From contig OZ244960.1 of NCBI GenBank assembly GCA_965222605.1, forward strand, positions 1,536,001 to 1,600,000: 64,000 nt of DNA. The letters run 5' to 3'. The first letter of the stretch is position 1. The number at the start of each line of letters is the position of its first letter. The notes beneath the pieces were generated by a model. That model searched no databases. It saw only the letters and a program-made list of their open reading frames with translations, and was not told the origin of the DNA. The translations under genes and the position numbers were made by a program. Source of the DNA: Candidatus Latescibacterota bacterium. Lineage in GTDB: Bacteria; Latescibacterota; UBA2968. This document shows, one piece after another, positions 1 to 10,306 of the stretch.

Positions 1-2
1 CC

Positions 3-164
3 GACGCCCATTTTATTGACGATCTGGGTGCAGACTCGCTCGACACAGTCGAACTGGTCATGGCTTTTGAAGAAGAATTTGACATGGAAATCTCCGACGA
101 AGACGCCGAGAAGCTCGAAACAGTTGGCGATGCCATCGCATACATAGACGAACGTCTGGATTAA
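3..164 (+). CDS. acpP: acyl carrier protein (5'-truncated by window edge)
   Basis: Manual frame 3 translation gives [53 protein letters not shown], with the DSL phosphopantetheine motif; lies upstream of fabF. Confidence 0.97.
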   Translation, partial: DAHFIDDLGADSLDTVELVMAFEEEFDMEISDEDAEKLETVGDAIAYIDERLD

Positions 165-249
165 CTCGGAAACTGGAGGCTGGAGATAGACCCTCGATCC
201 ATTACCAATGGGTGTAGGAACAACTCTCAAGTCTCCAGGAGGTCATTTA

Positions 250-1500
250 GTGAACAGACAACGCAGGGTGGTCATCACCGGCATGGGCGCACTTGCCCCC
301 AATGGCAATACCACAAAAAGCTATTGGGAAGCATTGTGCAACGGACAAACAGGTGTTGGCCCCATAACAAAATTTGACGCCACCGATTTCCGCGTGCAAT
401 TTGCCGCCGAAGTCAAAAACTTTGATCCAGAGCACTTTGGCATTGACCGTCGAAGCCAGCGGCGCATAGATCTTTTCGCGCAATACGCCATTGCATCGTC
501 TGTTCAGGCCGTCGAACATGCAGGTCTCGACATCAGTGCCAAACAAGCCGAACGCATCGGGGTTGTATTTGGCTCGGGCATTGGAGGTATCAAAACCTTT
601 GAAGACCAGCACGATGCCTACCGCAAAGGTGGTCCACGGCGCATCAGCCCGCTTTTTGTGCCCATGATGATCCCCGATATGTCCTCGGGTCAAGTATCCA
701 TCCATCTCGGTGCCAAAGGCCCCAATTATACCATCGTCACAGCCTGCGCCTCGGCAGCCCATGCCATTGGCAATGCAGCCCGCGAAATTTGGGACGACGA
801 AGCCGATGTCATGATCACAGGGGGAGCCGAAGCCGCCATTACCCCAATGTCAGTCGGTGGATTTGCCTCGGCGCGAACGCTTTCAACGCGCAACGACGCC
901 CCAACGCAAGCCAGCCGCCCTTTTGATGCAGACCGAGATGGATTTGTAATTGGCGAAGGTGCCGGCGGGCTTATTCTGGAAGAACTCGAACACGCAACAC
1001 GACGGGGGGCGACTATTTATGCCGAAGTGGTCGGTACGGGATATACCGGCGATGCCTACCACATTACCGATATGGCACCTAACGGCGAGGGAGGTGCCCG
1101 CGCCCTGTGCCGTGCCATGCGACAGGCGCAGATCAATCCAGAAGACGTATCTTATATCAACGCACACGGCACATCAACACCTGTGGGCGATCTGGGAGAA
1201 ACAGCCGCCATCAAATCCGTATTTGGCGACTATGCCAAAAAACTCGCTGTCAGTTCCACAAAATCCATGACCGGACATCTTCTGGGCGCTTCGGGTGCGA
1301 TTGAAACCATCGCAGCAACCCTATCAGTTTACCACAATGTAATACCGCCTACGATCAACTATGAAACACCCGATCCAGAATGCGACCTCGATTACGTGCC
1401 CAACGAAGCCCGGGAAATACCCGTTGAAATAGCCATCAGCAACTCCTTTGGCTTTGGCGGTCACAACGCAGTCCTCATCCTGCGTAAGTTTCGCAACTAA
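250..1500 (+). CDS. fabF: beta-ketoacyl-ACP synthase II
   Basis: RRVVITGMG, TACASAAH (catalytic Cys), YINAHGTST, KSMTGHLLG, NSFGFGGHN; GTG start after GGAGG. Confidence 0.97.
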   Translation: MNRQRRVVITGMGALAPNGNTTKSYWEALCNGQTGVGPITKFDATDFRVQFAAEVKNFDPEHFGIDRRSQRRIDLFAQYAIASSVQAVEHAGLDISAKQAERIGVVFGSGIGGIKTFEDQHDAYRKGGPRRISPLFVPMMIPDMSSGQVSIHLGAKGPNYTIVTACASAAHAIGNAAREIWDDEADVMITGGAEAAITPMSVGGFASARTLSTRNDAPTQASRPFDADRDGFVIGEGAGGLILEELEHATRRGATIYAEVVGTGYTGDAYHITDMAPNGEGGARALCRAMRQAQINPEDVSYINAHGTSTPVGDLGETAAIKSVFGDYAKKLAVSSTKSMTGHLLGASGAIETIAATLSVYHNVIPPTINYETPDPECDLDYVPNEAREIPVEIAISNSFGFGGHNAVLILRKFRN

Positions 1501-1511
1501 CGAGACCATAT

Positions 1512-2288
1512 ATGTTACGCGAATTGAGAGGGGGCGGTCTTATCCGACTCGGAACCGTCTTACAAACGATCAAACGCTGGTCCGTAGGCAGCAGAGCGCG
1601 TTCTCAAGAAGAGCTTCAACGCAAACTCGGTTATACCTTTTCCAATACTGCTTTGCTCGAACAAGCACTCAAACACCGGTCTTATGTTTACGTCACTCAG
1701 GAAGGCAGTATTGCTTCTAATGAACGCCTGGAATTTTTGGGCGATGCCGTGCTCGATCTCATTGTGACAGAATATCTCTACAATCGGTTTAAAAACAAAA
1801 GAGAAGGTGAACTCACGCAGATCAAGTCTCTGCTCGTCAGCAAGGTGGTCTTGGCCGAAAAAGGTCGCAACATCCGACTCGGAGAATATCTCTATTTGAG
1901 CAAAGAAGAAATCTCATCTGGCGGGCGCCAACGCACCTCGATCATCGGCGATGCTTTTGAAGCGCTCTTAGGTGCGATTTACCTCGATGGCGGGCTTGAA
2001 GCTGCCCGCTTATTTGTCGAACGCACAATTCTAACCAATGTTGACGAAATCCTCTCCGATGGCAACTATCTCAACTTCAAAAGCCTGCTTCTCGAACACA
2101 CGCAGAGTACAGGCAAGGGCCATCCGCGATATCAGCCCATATCCGAGGAAGGTCCAGATCACCGAAAAATTTTCTTTATTGAAGTAACCCTTCAGGGCGA
2201 TCGATTGGGCGAAGGACAGGGACGCAGCAAAAAAGAAGCCCAACAGATGGCCGCAAAAGACGCGCTCAGACATTTGGGCCTACACTAA
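1512..2288 (+). CDS. rnc: ribonuclease III
   Basis: NERLEFLGDAVL signature, DAFEALLGAIYLD, C-terminal dsRBD (GPDH, GRSKKEAQQ). Confidence 0.96.
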   Translation: MLRELRGGGLIRLGTVLQTIKRWSVGSRARSQEELQRKLGYTFSNTALLEQALKHRSYVYVTQEGSIASNERLEFLGDAVLDLIVTEYLYNRFKNKREGELTQIKSLLVSKVVLAEKGRNIRLGEYLYLSKEEISSGGRQRTSIIGDAFEALLGAIYLDGGLEAARLFVERTILTNVDEILSDGNYLNFKSLLLEHTQSTGKGHPRYQPISEEGPDHRKIFFIEVTLQGDRLGEGQGRSKKEAQQMAAKDALRHLGLH

Positions 2289-2290
2289 CC

Positions 2291-3130
2291 GTGACAAAAT
2301 GCAATCCACCCACATGGCGTTTCCTGAATACCCAACAGGGAAACGCCTTTTTTAATATGGCAGTAGATGAAGCCCTCGTGCGCTCGATCGCAACAGGTGC
2401 TCGGCCTGCCTTTCGCGTTTACGGGTGGCAACCGCCCGCGGTCTCCTTTGGGTATGCACAGCGCATCAGTCGCGAAGTCGATGCCCAAAAAGTTCGCGAG
2501 CGCGGTATCGACATTGTCCGCCGTCCCACCGGTGGACGCGCTGTCTTGCACTGGAACGAACTGACCTACAGCGTTGTCTGCCCTGCCGACAATCCCGTGA
2601 TGGGGGGCAATATCAACGAAGCCTACCGCAAAATCAGCGAGGGCCTTTTGGCGGGTATTCGCGCGCTTGGTGTTGATGCAACCTTTGAATCCCGCCGCCA
2701 AACACAGCCCTCGCCGCGCGGCAAAGAACTCACCTCGCCCTGTTTTACCAGCACGGCGCAATACGAAGTCACATTCAAAGGGCGCAAACTCATCGGCAGC
2801 GCGCAACAGCGCATCGGCACAATGCTCTTGCAGCACGGATCACTCCTGCTCGGCCCAGAGCACAAACAAATCGCCGATCTTCTGCCCAGCGACAAACCTG
2901 GCCTGAAAGAGCGTTTTGCACGAGAACTCAACCGCCACACTACCTCGCTCTCTGAAGCTCTCACATACCCCATCGATTTCGACACGGCGGCCACATCCAT
3001 CCGGCAAGGTATTCAAAACACCTTTAACATCCAACTTGTTGAAGCTACACTCAGCAAAACCGAAATCGCCGAAACCCAACGCCTCATCGCCGAGAAATAC
3101 GCAACCCATGAATGGAACGACAAATATTGA
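2291..3130 (+). CDS. lipoate-protein ligase A / LipM octanoyltransferase family
   Basis: NMAVDEAL, VRRPTGGRAVLH, KLIGSAQ, LLQHGSL. Confidence 0.9.
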   Translation: MTKCNPPTWRFLNTQQGNAFFNMAVDEALVRSIATGARPAFRVYGWQPPAVSFGYAQRISREVDAQKVRERGIDIVRRPTGGRAVLHWNELTYSVVCPADNPVMGGNINEAYRKISEGLLAGIRALGVDATFESRRQTQPSPRGKELTSPCFTSTAQYEVTFKGRKLIGSAQQRIGTMLLQHGSLLLGPEHKQIADLLPSDKPGLKERFARELNRHTTSLSEALTYPIDFDTAATSIRQGIQNTFNIQLVEATLSKTEIAETQRLIAEKYATHEWNDKY

Positions 3131-3536
3131 CTCTTCAAAGACCTGGACCTCACATCCCTTGCGCGAAGAGCCTTTGGCAAAATCTGTTTTACTCGTACTC
3201 ATTATCCTGAGCGTCGCGCTTATTGTCGGCATGAGCTTTCAGAGCATCACCTTCGCCTTTCTTTCACTCGTATTGCTCACCGCGGCGATGTCCCGTTATT
3301 TTTTTACAACGCGCTATGTTCTCGACAATCGAGGTTTTACCATTTCACATATCGGTACGCGCAAGTACCTGTGGACAAATTTTCGCCGCGCTACAATCCA
3401 TCCCGACGGCATCTTCTTAAGCCCTTTTGCCAAACCGCACCGCCTCGACACCTTTCGCGGTCAATTCCTGCGCTCGAAAAAACCCCCTGAGATATACCAT
3501 GTCGTCCAAAAACACATCAATATTGACCCGACTTAA
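3108..3536 (+). CDS. hypothetical membrane protein (2 TM plus bPH-like tail)
   Basis: Two hydrophobic helices followed by a soluble segment; overlaps both neighbours. Confidence 0.7.
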   Translation: MNGTTNIDSSKTWTSHPLREEPLAKSVLLVLIILSVALIVGMSFQSITFAFLSLVLLTAAMSRYFFTTRYVLDNRGFTISHIGTRKYLWTNFRRATIHPDGIFLSPFAKPHRLDTFRGQFLRSKKPPEIYHVVQKHINIDPT

Positions 3537-3852
3537 GAATTATTGCGCCCATGCCTTTGCCGTCTCCCCGCCTGAAAGCGCCATCACTGAAGACGATGAA
3601 ATTCTCGCCGAAAAAACCGCCGCCTTCATCGTGAGGCGCAGACTCACAGCACCAGCTATTATGTTACTTGAAACCGGGCGACCCTTTAACTATATTGGCA
3701 GCCAACTTTTGACTTTCTTATCGCCCTTCGTATCTATCATCTTTTCCTCAACAACTGAGTTTGATCGCTTCACGCGCTTTCTCGAAAAGCGAGAAAGCAT
3801 TCCCTGCCTCATTCGCCACATTGAAACCCTGGAAAACAAAAGCCATGGATAA
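3499..3852 (+). CDS. hypothetical protein of the GlmL-like operon
   Basis: RRRLTAPAIMLLETGRPFNYIGSQ; overlaps the start of the next gene. Confidence 0.7.
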   Translation: MSSKNTSILTRLKNYCAHAFAVSPPESAITEDDEILAEKTAAFIVRRRLTAPAIMLLETGRPFNYIGSQLLTFLSPFVSIIFSSTTEFDRFTRFLEKRESIPCLIRHIETLENKSHG

Positions 3853-5632
3853 ACTCGATGTCGTCATCGCTACCGATTGCGGCAGCACCACGACCAAAGC
3901 CATCCTGATTGAAAAAAAGGACGATGTCTATCGCCAGACCTATCGGGGCGAAGCACCAACCACGGTTGAAGCCCCCTATGAAGACGTCACGCGCGGCGTT
4001 CTCAATGCTATTCAAGAAGTCGAAGAACTCTCAGGCAGGCAAATTCTCGATGGCGAAACCATCATCACACCCGCAGAAGACCATCGCGGAGTTGACATCT
4101 ACATTTCTACCAGCAGCGCAGGCGGCGGCCTGCAAATGATGGTTGGCGGCGTCATCCAGACCATGACCGGCGAAAGCGCGCAGCGTTGCGCGCTCGGCGC
4201 AGGTGCCATTGTCATGGACATCCTCGCATCCAACGATGGGCGGCTTCCCCACGAAAAAATCGAACGCATTCGCCAGTTGCGTCCCGATATGGTTCTCCTT
4301 TCGGGCGGCACAGATGGCGGCACCATTTCGCACGTCGTCGAACTGGCTGAATTTATCTCGGCAGCCGACCCCAAACCGCGATTTGGCTCGGGATATCAAC
4401 TCCCCGTCATTTATGCCGGAAACAAAGATGCCGCGCAGGAAATCGAACGCACCCTGGGCGACAAAACAGCCCTCACCATCTCGGAAAATATCCGCCCCAC
4501 GCTCGAGGCAGAAAACCTCGGTCCCGCCCGCCACGTAATCCACGACCTCTTTCTCGAACACGTCATGGCGCAAGCACCGGGCTATCGAAAACTCATCTCC
4601 TGGACAGGGGCGCCCATCATGCCCACGCCCGGCGCGGTTGGCCTCATGATGCAAACCGTATCCAAACAACAAAATATCAATGTCGTGGGCGTTGACATAG
4701 GCGGCGCCACCACCGACGTATTCAGCGTCTTTGAAGATATTTTCAACCGCACGGTATCGGCCAACCTCGGCATGTCCTACAGCGTATCCAACGTACTCGC
4801 CGAAGCGGGCCTCGACGATGTCATGCGCTGGGTACCTTTCAAAATCGACGAAGCCGACCTGCGCGACCGCATCAAAAACAAAATGATCCGACCCACCACA
4901 ATTCCGCAAATGCTCGAAGAACTTCAGGTCGAACAGGCCATTGCCCGCGAAGCCCTCCGTCTGGCCTTTGTACAGCACCGCGCACTCGCCGTAGGTCTCA
5001 AAGGCATACAGGCCGAACGCACCCTGTCCGATGTATTTGACCAATCCGCAGGCGGCGAAAGCCTCATCAAAATGCGCGACCTCGACCTCCTCGTCGGAAG
5101 CGGCGGCGTTTTATCTCACGCCCCGCGTCGAATGCAAACGGCCGCCATGCTCATCGACGCCTTCCAGCCCGAAGGCATCACGCGCCTGGCCGTTGACAGC
5201 ATCTTTATGATGCCACACCTCGGCGTGCTCTCATCGGTCAACGAAATTGCCGCCACACAGGTTTTTGAACGCGACTGCCTCATTTACCTCGGCACGTGTA
5301 TCGCGCCCATCGCCCAGGGCAAACAGAGCGCATCCTGTACGCAATACGAAATTGACCTTCCCAGCGGAACCCAATCGGGCACCCTGAATATTGGCGACTT
5401 TCTGCACTTCCCGCTCGAATCCGATGAGGAAGCACACCTCATTTTACAACCCGAGCGCAACACAGACGCAGGTGCCGGAGCGGGCCGAGAACTGAACACC
5501 ACAGTCAATGGGGGCACCGTCGGGCTGATCCTCGACGGACGCGGTCGCCCCATTGTATTTGCCGAAAATCGATCCGAACGCGCCGATCAAATAAGCCGGT
5601 GGAGCGAGGTTCTCGATCTCTATCCCCGGTAA
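3845..5632 (+). CDS. GlmL (glutamate mutase L)-like ASKHA-fold ATPase
   Basis: Phosphate-1 DCGSTTTK, phosphate-2 VDIGGATTD, adenosine GSGGVLS, SSAGGGL, LSGGTDGG. Confidence 0.85.
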   Translation: MDKLDVVIATDCGSTTTKAILIEKKDDVYRQTYRGEAPTTVEAPYEDVTRGVLNAIQEVEELSGRQILDGETIITPAEDHRGVDIYISTSSAGGGLQMMVGGVIQTMTGESAQRCALGAGAIVMDILASNDGRLPHEKIERIRQLRPDMVLLSGGTDGGTISHVVELAEFISAADPKPRFGSGYQLPVIYAGNKDAAQEIERTLGDKTALTISENIRPTLEAENLGPARHVIHDLFLEHVMAQAPGYRKLISWTGAPIMPTPGAVGLMMQTVSKQQNINVVGVDIGGATTDVFSVFEDIFNRTVSANLGMSYSVSNVLAEAGLDDVMRWVPFKIDEADLRDRIKNKMIRPTTIPQMLEELQVEQAIAREALRLAFVQHRALAVGLKGIQAERTLSDVFDQSAGGESLIKMRDLDLLVGSGGVLSHAPRRMQTAAMLIDAFQPEGITRLAVDSIFMMPHLGVLSSVNEIAATQVFERDCLIYLGTCIAPIAQGKQSASCTQYEIDLPSGTQSGTLNIGDFLHFPLESDEEAHLILQPERNTDAGAGAGRELNTTVNGGTVGLILDGRGRPIVFAENRSERADQISRWSEVLDLYPR

Positions 5633-5736
5633 GTGAAAGAGCAAGGCAATGATCTTCGGAAATATTTGATTTATTTTTCTTGTAAAGTAGCCCTCGCATT
5701 GTATATTCCGTTACCCGTAACCCCAGGTATTACTCT

Positions 5737-6855
5737 ATGGCACACGCATATACACCCGGCCTCCGCGTTACCCCACAGACCCTTCTTCAACGCCAGCGCC
5801 AACTTCCTCTCAAAGGTGAGGTCGTCGTTTCACAAGGCGATAGCGTGACGCGCGATCAGGTCGTTGCCCACACGCACCTGCCCGGCAACGTCACTACCCT
5901 CAACCTCGTCAACATCTTGAGCTGCACACCGGAAGAACTGCCCAATTACATGCTCAAACGCGAAGGCGACCCCGTCGAAGCCGGTGAACCCATTGCCGAA
6001 ACCCGCCCCTTCATCAAATGGTTCAAAACCACCGTTAAAGCACCCATCAGTGGCACCCTCGAAAACATCTCCAAAATCACCGGGCAAGTCATCTTTCGCG
6101 CGCCCCCGCGCCCCGTTCAGGTCCAGGCATACATAGATGGCAACATAGTTGAAATTCTGCCTGAAGAAGGCGTCATTGTCGAAACCACAGGCGCTTTTAT
6201 ACAGGGTATCTTTGGCATAGGCGGTGAGACCTGGGGACCTCTGCACGTCATCTCCAAAGAGCCAGAGCAAATTTTAACCCCCGATCAAATCGACGACTCG
6301 TGCACGGGTAAAATCGTCGTAGGCGGCAATTTGCTCACCCTCGATGTAATCGACAAAGCGCGGGAAAGCGACGCCGTTGGCATCATTGGAGGCGGTATCC
6401 GCGATTCCGATTTGCGCGAGTTGCTCGGTTACGACCTCGGCGTAGCCATCACCGGCACCGAGAATATTGGCCTCACCGTCATTGTCACCGAAGGCTTTGG
6501 CTCCATCGCAATGGCGAGCAAAACCTTTGACATCCTGAGTGAAAACAATGGTAAAGAAGCCTCGATCTCTGGAGCCACCCAAATTCGCGCTGGCGTTTTG
6601 CGTCCCGAAATCATCATTCCAGCATCCAACATCGGCGAGCAAGTCCAAGAATCCGATCATCCTGGCCTCGTCGAAGGGGCACTCTTGCGCGTGATTCGCG
6701 CACCCTATTTTGGTCATGTGGGCAAAGTCACTGCCCTACCATCCGAATTGCAAACAGTCGAATCCGAAACCCATGTGCGCGTACTCGAAGTCGAATTTGA
6801 CAATGGTGACCGCGCCATTGTCCCGCGCGCCAACGTCGAACTCATCGAAGAGTAA
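5737..6855 (+). CDS. hypothetical protein with barrel-sandwich hybrid (biotinyl/lipoyl-like) motifs and C-terminal KOW/SH3-like domain
   Basis: VSQGDSVTRDQVVA, REGDPVEAGEPIA, VKAPISGTLENI, AYIDGNIVEI; C-terminal RVIRAPYFGHVGKV...VPRANVELIE. Confidence 0.75.
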   Translation: MAHAYTPGLRVTPQTLLQRQRQLPLKGEVVVSQGDSVTRDQVVAHTHLPGNVTTLNLVNILSCTPEELPNYMLKREGDPVEAGEPIAETRPFIKWFKTTVKAPISGTLENISKITGQVIFRAPPRPVQVQAYIDGNIVEILPEEGVIVETTGAFIQGIFGIGGETWGPLHVISKEPEQILTPDQIDDSCTGKIVVGGNLLTLDVIDKARESDAVGIIGGGIRDSDLRELLGYDLGVAITGTENIGLTVIVTEGFGSIAMASKTFDILSENNGKEASISGATQIRAGVLRPEIIIPASNIGEQVQESDHPGLVEGALLRVIRAPYFGHVGKVTALPSELQTVESETHVRVLEVEFDNGDRAIVPRANVELIEE

Positions 6856-6877
6856 ACGACCCATCGGGAGATTGCGT

Positions 6878-8077
6878 ATGAGATATTGTTCAATCTGCAT
6901 CATACTGGTGCTTTGCGCGGCACAGGTGTACGCACAACAACCCACCGGTGTCAAAGCCGGAGACACCCCCAACGACTCGGGAGGCAGCATCACCGTCACT
7001 TGGGTCCCCCCAGAAATCTCCGAGGGAATCAAATACACAATTTTAATCAGCGAATCTGAAACAGGTCCTTTTCATTCTGCCAAGATCAACGCGGGTGATT
7101 TGCAATCCAGTGATCCAGCCACCTTTGGGCATGGCGAAGAAACATTCCACAAGTTCTTTGCCAGAATCGCCAAATATGTTGATCCCGCCGACTCATCTAA
7201 AAAAATCGCCATAGAAAATGGTAAAACCTATTATGTACAGGTGATATCCATCTCCCCCTCTGGCGAATCATTTCCCTCTGCAGTCGCAAGCGCAGAAGCA
7301 TATGAAAATCTCTTCAACACGACAAAAACCAACAACTTCGTTCTCGGCACGATCTTCTCTCTCATCATTTTAGGCAGCATTTTTCTCGCGCAAAAACGCG
7401 AACTCTTCATCCGGCGCATCGCTGGCCTTGAAGCCCTCGACGAAGCCCTCGGCCGCGCCACGGAAATGGGCAAGCCCGTGCTCTTTGCACACGGATTGGC
7501 GTCTATGGGCAGTGTTTCTACTATTGCGGCAATCAATGTTCTCTCTCGCGTGGCGCACCGTACAGCCGAATTTAATACCGAATTGCGCGTGGCCAACAAT
7601 GACCCCGTAGTGATGGCCGTGAGTCAAGAGGTCGTCAAAGAATCTTATCTCAACGCCGGTCGTCCCGATGCCTACTCAGAAGACTCGGTCTTTATGGTCG
7701 CCACCGAGCAATTCAGTTATGCCGCAGCACTTGACGGCATGATGGTGCGCGACAGACCAGCCACCAACATCATGATGGGTTACTTCTACGCCGAATCTCT
7801 ACTTTTAGCAGAAACCGGCGCATCCATAGGCGCAATCCAAATCGCAGGCACTGACTCCTATACCCAATTGCCCTTTTTCATTACCACCTGCGACTATACG
7901 CTCATGGGCGAAGAACTCTATGCAGCGAGTGCGTATCTCGCCCGAGAACCCAAATTGCTGGGCAGCCTCAAAGGGCAGGACATCGGCAAAGCAGTGCTCT
8001 TAATCGTCATAATTTTTGGCACGCTTCTCGCAACCCTCGGAAATCAAACACTCACGCATATTTTTACCGCATATTAG
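6878..8077 (+). CDS. signal peptide + FN3-like domain + DUF6754-like membrane protein
   Basis: N-terminal signal, DTPNDSGGSITVTW...YYVQV, TM helix, FIRRIAGLEALDEALGRATEMGKP, GEELYAASAYL. Confidence 0.8.
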   Translation: MRYCSICIILVLCAAQVYAQQPTGVKAGDTPNDSGGSITVTWVPPEISEGIKYTILISESETGPFHSAKINAGDLQSSDPATFGHGEETFHKFFARIAKYVDPADSSKKIAIENGKTYYVQVISISPSGESFPSAVASAEAYENLFNTTKTNNFVLGTIFSLIILGSIFLAQKRELFIRRIAGLEALDEALGRATEMGKPVLFAHGLASMGSVSTIAAINVLSRVAHRTAEFNTELRVANNDPVVMAVSQEVVKESYLNAGRPDAYSEDSVFMVATEQFSYAAALDGMMVRDRPATNIMMGYFYAESLLLAETGASIGAIQIAGTDSYTQLPFFITTCDYTLMGEELYAASAYLAREPKLLGSLKGQDIGKAVLLIVIIFGTLLATLGNQTLTHIFTAY

Positions 8078-8091
8078 CAGGGGATTCTTTT

Positions 8092-8751
8092 ATGCTTTTT
8101 TTAAGACGGACATTTCCGCTGATCATCGCCTTTGTAACGGGTATGATTGGCATTCTCGTTTTCTATATCCCACACAGCGGTGCTCAAAGTCTCGAACAAG
8201 AATTGACAAAATGGGATCGCATTGTCGCGGCCTTTGCCATGGTGTTGGGGATTTACAGCTTGATGCGCTTGCACTGGAACCGCGTGCGACGGCAGCAAGC
8301 CGCCTGGGGATATAGTTTTCTCGTTTTTGCCGGTTTCGCAGTCATGTTTATTTTAGCCATCTACAACGATGGGCAAGGCCCCCACAAACCCCAGGTAATA
8401 GATTCGGGTCCTTTTGTGTGGATGTTTGATAATGTACAGGTACCTGCCGATGCCACCATGTTCTCCATTCTCGCTTTTTTTATCGCCTCGGCGGCCTACC
8501 GCACCTTTCGCGCACGCACACCCGAAGCGGCAATCCTGCTCATAGCCGCCATCATCGTGATGATCGGTCGCATACCCATTGGTGCCCTCATTTCCGATTG
8601 GGTGCCATGGCTTTCCCAATGGCTCATGGCCGTGCCCAACCTGGCAGCCAAACGCGGCATTTTGCTCGGCGTCAGTCTTGGCGCTGTCGCCACAGCATTG
8701 CGCATCATCTTTGGCATCGAACGATCCTATCTCGGCGGAGGTGAAGAATGA
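8092..8751 (+). CDS. multi-pass membrane protein of the GlmL-like operon
   Basis: About 6 TM; TMFSILAFFIASAAYRTFRAR, RIIFGIERSYLGG. Confidence 0.8.
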   Translation: MLFLRRTFPLIIAFVTGMIGILVFYIPHSGAQSLEQELTKWDRIVAAFAMVLGIYSLMRLHWNRVRRQQAAWGYSFLVFAGFAVMFILAIYNDGQGPHKPQVIDSGPFVWMFDNVQVPADATMFSILAFFIASAAYRTFRARTPEAAILLIAAIIVMIGRIPIGALISDWVPWLSQWLMAVPNLAAKRGILLGVSLGAVATALRIIFGIERSYLGGGEE

Positions 8752-9578
8752 AAGGGCTTTTGCTCAATATCGACCGCCGCATCATCTTCGTTTTTGTCGC
8801 GCTCGGCGTCATCATTCCCGCGCTCACTTCCTTTAACCTGCCTATCAATCCCACTCCAAATGTGCAATCTATATACGACACAATTGAAGAAGTGGGAGCA
8901 AAAAACGGTAGCATCCTCATCTCCTTTGATTACGGTCCTGGATCCTTTCCCGAAGTACAGCCCATGGCCCTTGCAGTTTTGCGCCACTGTTTCAAGCGCA
9001 ATGTCAAAGTAGTGGGCATGTGCCTTTGGCCCCAGGCGGTGGGGCTGGCCCAACAAGCCCTCGATACAGCCTCAAAGGAACTGGGGGCAGAATATGGCAG
9101 CGACTATGTCTTTCTCGGATTTAAAACGGGATATCACTCGCTGGTTATCAACATGGGCCACGACTTCCACGGCACTTTCCCACAAGATTTACATGGCAAC
9201 AACACCACCGAATTACCTGTCACAAAAAATATAAATGGATTGGCAAACTTCGACTACGTGCTCTGCCTGGCAGCGGGCAACACGCCAGATGGTATCTGGA
9301 TACCCTACGGACAAGAACGCTACAAATTTAAATTTGGCCTCGGATGCACGGCTGTTATGGCACCCGATCAATTTCCCTACTTACAGTCGGGTCAAATGAA
9401 CGGCATGATGGGAGGATTGGCCGGTGCCGCCGAATATGAAACCCTCGTGCAAGCTTCCGGTACTGCTACTGAAGGCATGCGCCCCCAATCTGTTGTGCAT
9501 CTCATTATCATCGCCTTCATCATCCTGGGCAATGTGATGTACTTCCTCTATGGTCGGCAGAAAGGAGGGGCGCAATGA
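8748..9578 (+). CDS. membrane-anchored protein of the GlmL-like operon
   Basis: N- and C-terminal TM helices; PYLQSGQMNGMMGGLAGAAEYE; ATGA overlap. Confidence 0.8.
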   Translation: MKGLLLNIDRRIIFVFVALGVIIPALTSFNLPINPTPNVQSIYDTIEEVGAKNGSILISFDYGPGSFPEVQPMALAVLRHCFKRNVKVVGMCLWPQAVGLAQQALDTASKELGAEYGSDYVFLGFKTGYHSLVINMGHDFHGTFPQDLHGNNTTELPVTKNINGLANFDYVLCLAAGNTPDGIWIPYGQERYKFKFGLGCTAVMAPDQFPYLQSGQMNGMMGGLAGAAEYETLVQASGTATEGMRPQSVVHLIIIAFIILGNVMYFLYGRQKGGAQ

Positions 9579-10306
9579 GCCGCGATCAGATACTTTTTAT
9601 TGCCTTCTTGCTCGTCTTTGTCGCCATCAATATTTACCTTTTCGGCTCAAGTAGCCTATCCGTGGATTGGACCGGCTTTGGCACGTTTATCGCCGCTGGC
9701 ATTACCCTATCGCTTTACAGCTTTCTCTATAAAGACAATCCCCTCTTCAAATTTGCTGAAAACCTCTATGTAGGTGTAGCAGCAGCATACTCGCTCACCC
9801 AGGTTTGGTACACCGTTCTTTTGGCTGATGTCGTAAATCCCCTCTCCGAACTCAACGGGGAAAGCCTGAGCAATTTGTGGCTCATCGTGCCCACATTGCT
9901 CGGCCTCTTTATGCTCACCCAACTCTCCTCGGCGAAATTTAGCTGGCTCAGCCGAATTGCATTCGCATTTGTGGTCGGCCTGGGTTCGGGACTGGCTATT
10001 CCACGCGTCATTGCGGCCAATGTTTTGGCCCAACTGGAACCGACTATGCGACCTATAACAGCTACCTGGGAGGGATTCGATCTGCTTATTATTCTGGTCG
10101 GCGTGGTTACGGTACTCGTGTATTTCTTTTTCTCTGTCGAACACACCGGTCCCGTAGGTGTGGCGTCCAAAATTGGTATCTGGTTCCTCATGATCTCGTT
10201 TGGCGCGTCATTTGGCTACACCATCATGGCACGTCTTTCACTGCTAATCGGGCGCGTCGGGTTCTTGCTCGAAGACTGGCTCGTGCTCCCATTGCCTTAT
10301 TTTTAA
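9575..10306 (+). CDS. multi-pass membrane protein of the GlmL-like operon
   Basis: About 7 TM; YSFLYKDNPLFKFAENLYVG, FGASFGYTIMARLSLLIGR; ATGA overlap. Confidence 0.8.
   Translation: MSRDQILFIAFLLVFVAINIYLFGSSSLSVDWTGFGTFIAAGITLSLYSFLYKDNPLFKFAENLYVGVAAAYSLTQVWYTVLLADVVNPLSELNGESLSNLWLIVPTLLGLFMLTQLSSAKFSWLSRIAFAFVVGLGSGLAIPRVIAANVLAQLEPTMRPITATWEGFDLLIILVGVVTVLVYFFFSVEHTGPVGVASKIGIWFLMISFGASFGYTIMARLSLLIGRVGFLLEDWLVLPLPYF

Noticed and set aside
4031-5044. Long antisense ORFs (also 27820-28536, 29377-30087, 56731-57420 and others)
   Set aside because: They shadow well-supported genes and carry no motifs, consistent with codon bias on the coding strand
3845-5632. Mismatch-repair MutL or a working glutamate mutase
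   Set aside because: Motifs are ASKHA rather than GHKL, and no B12-binding or catalytic mutase subunit is in the window
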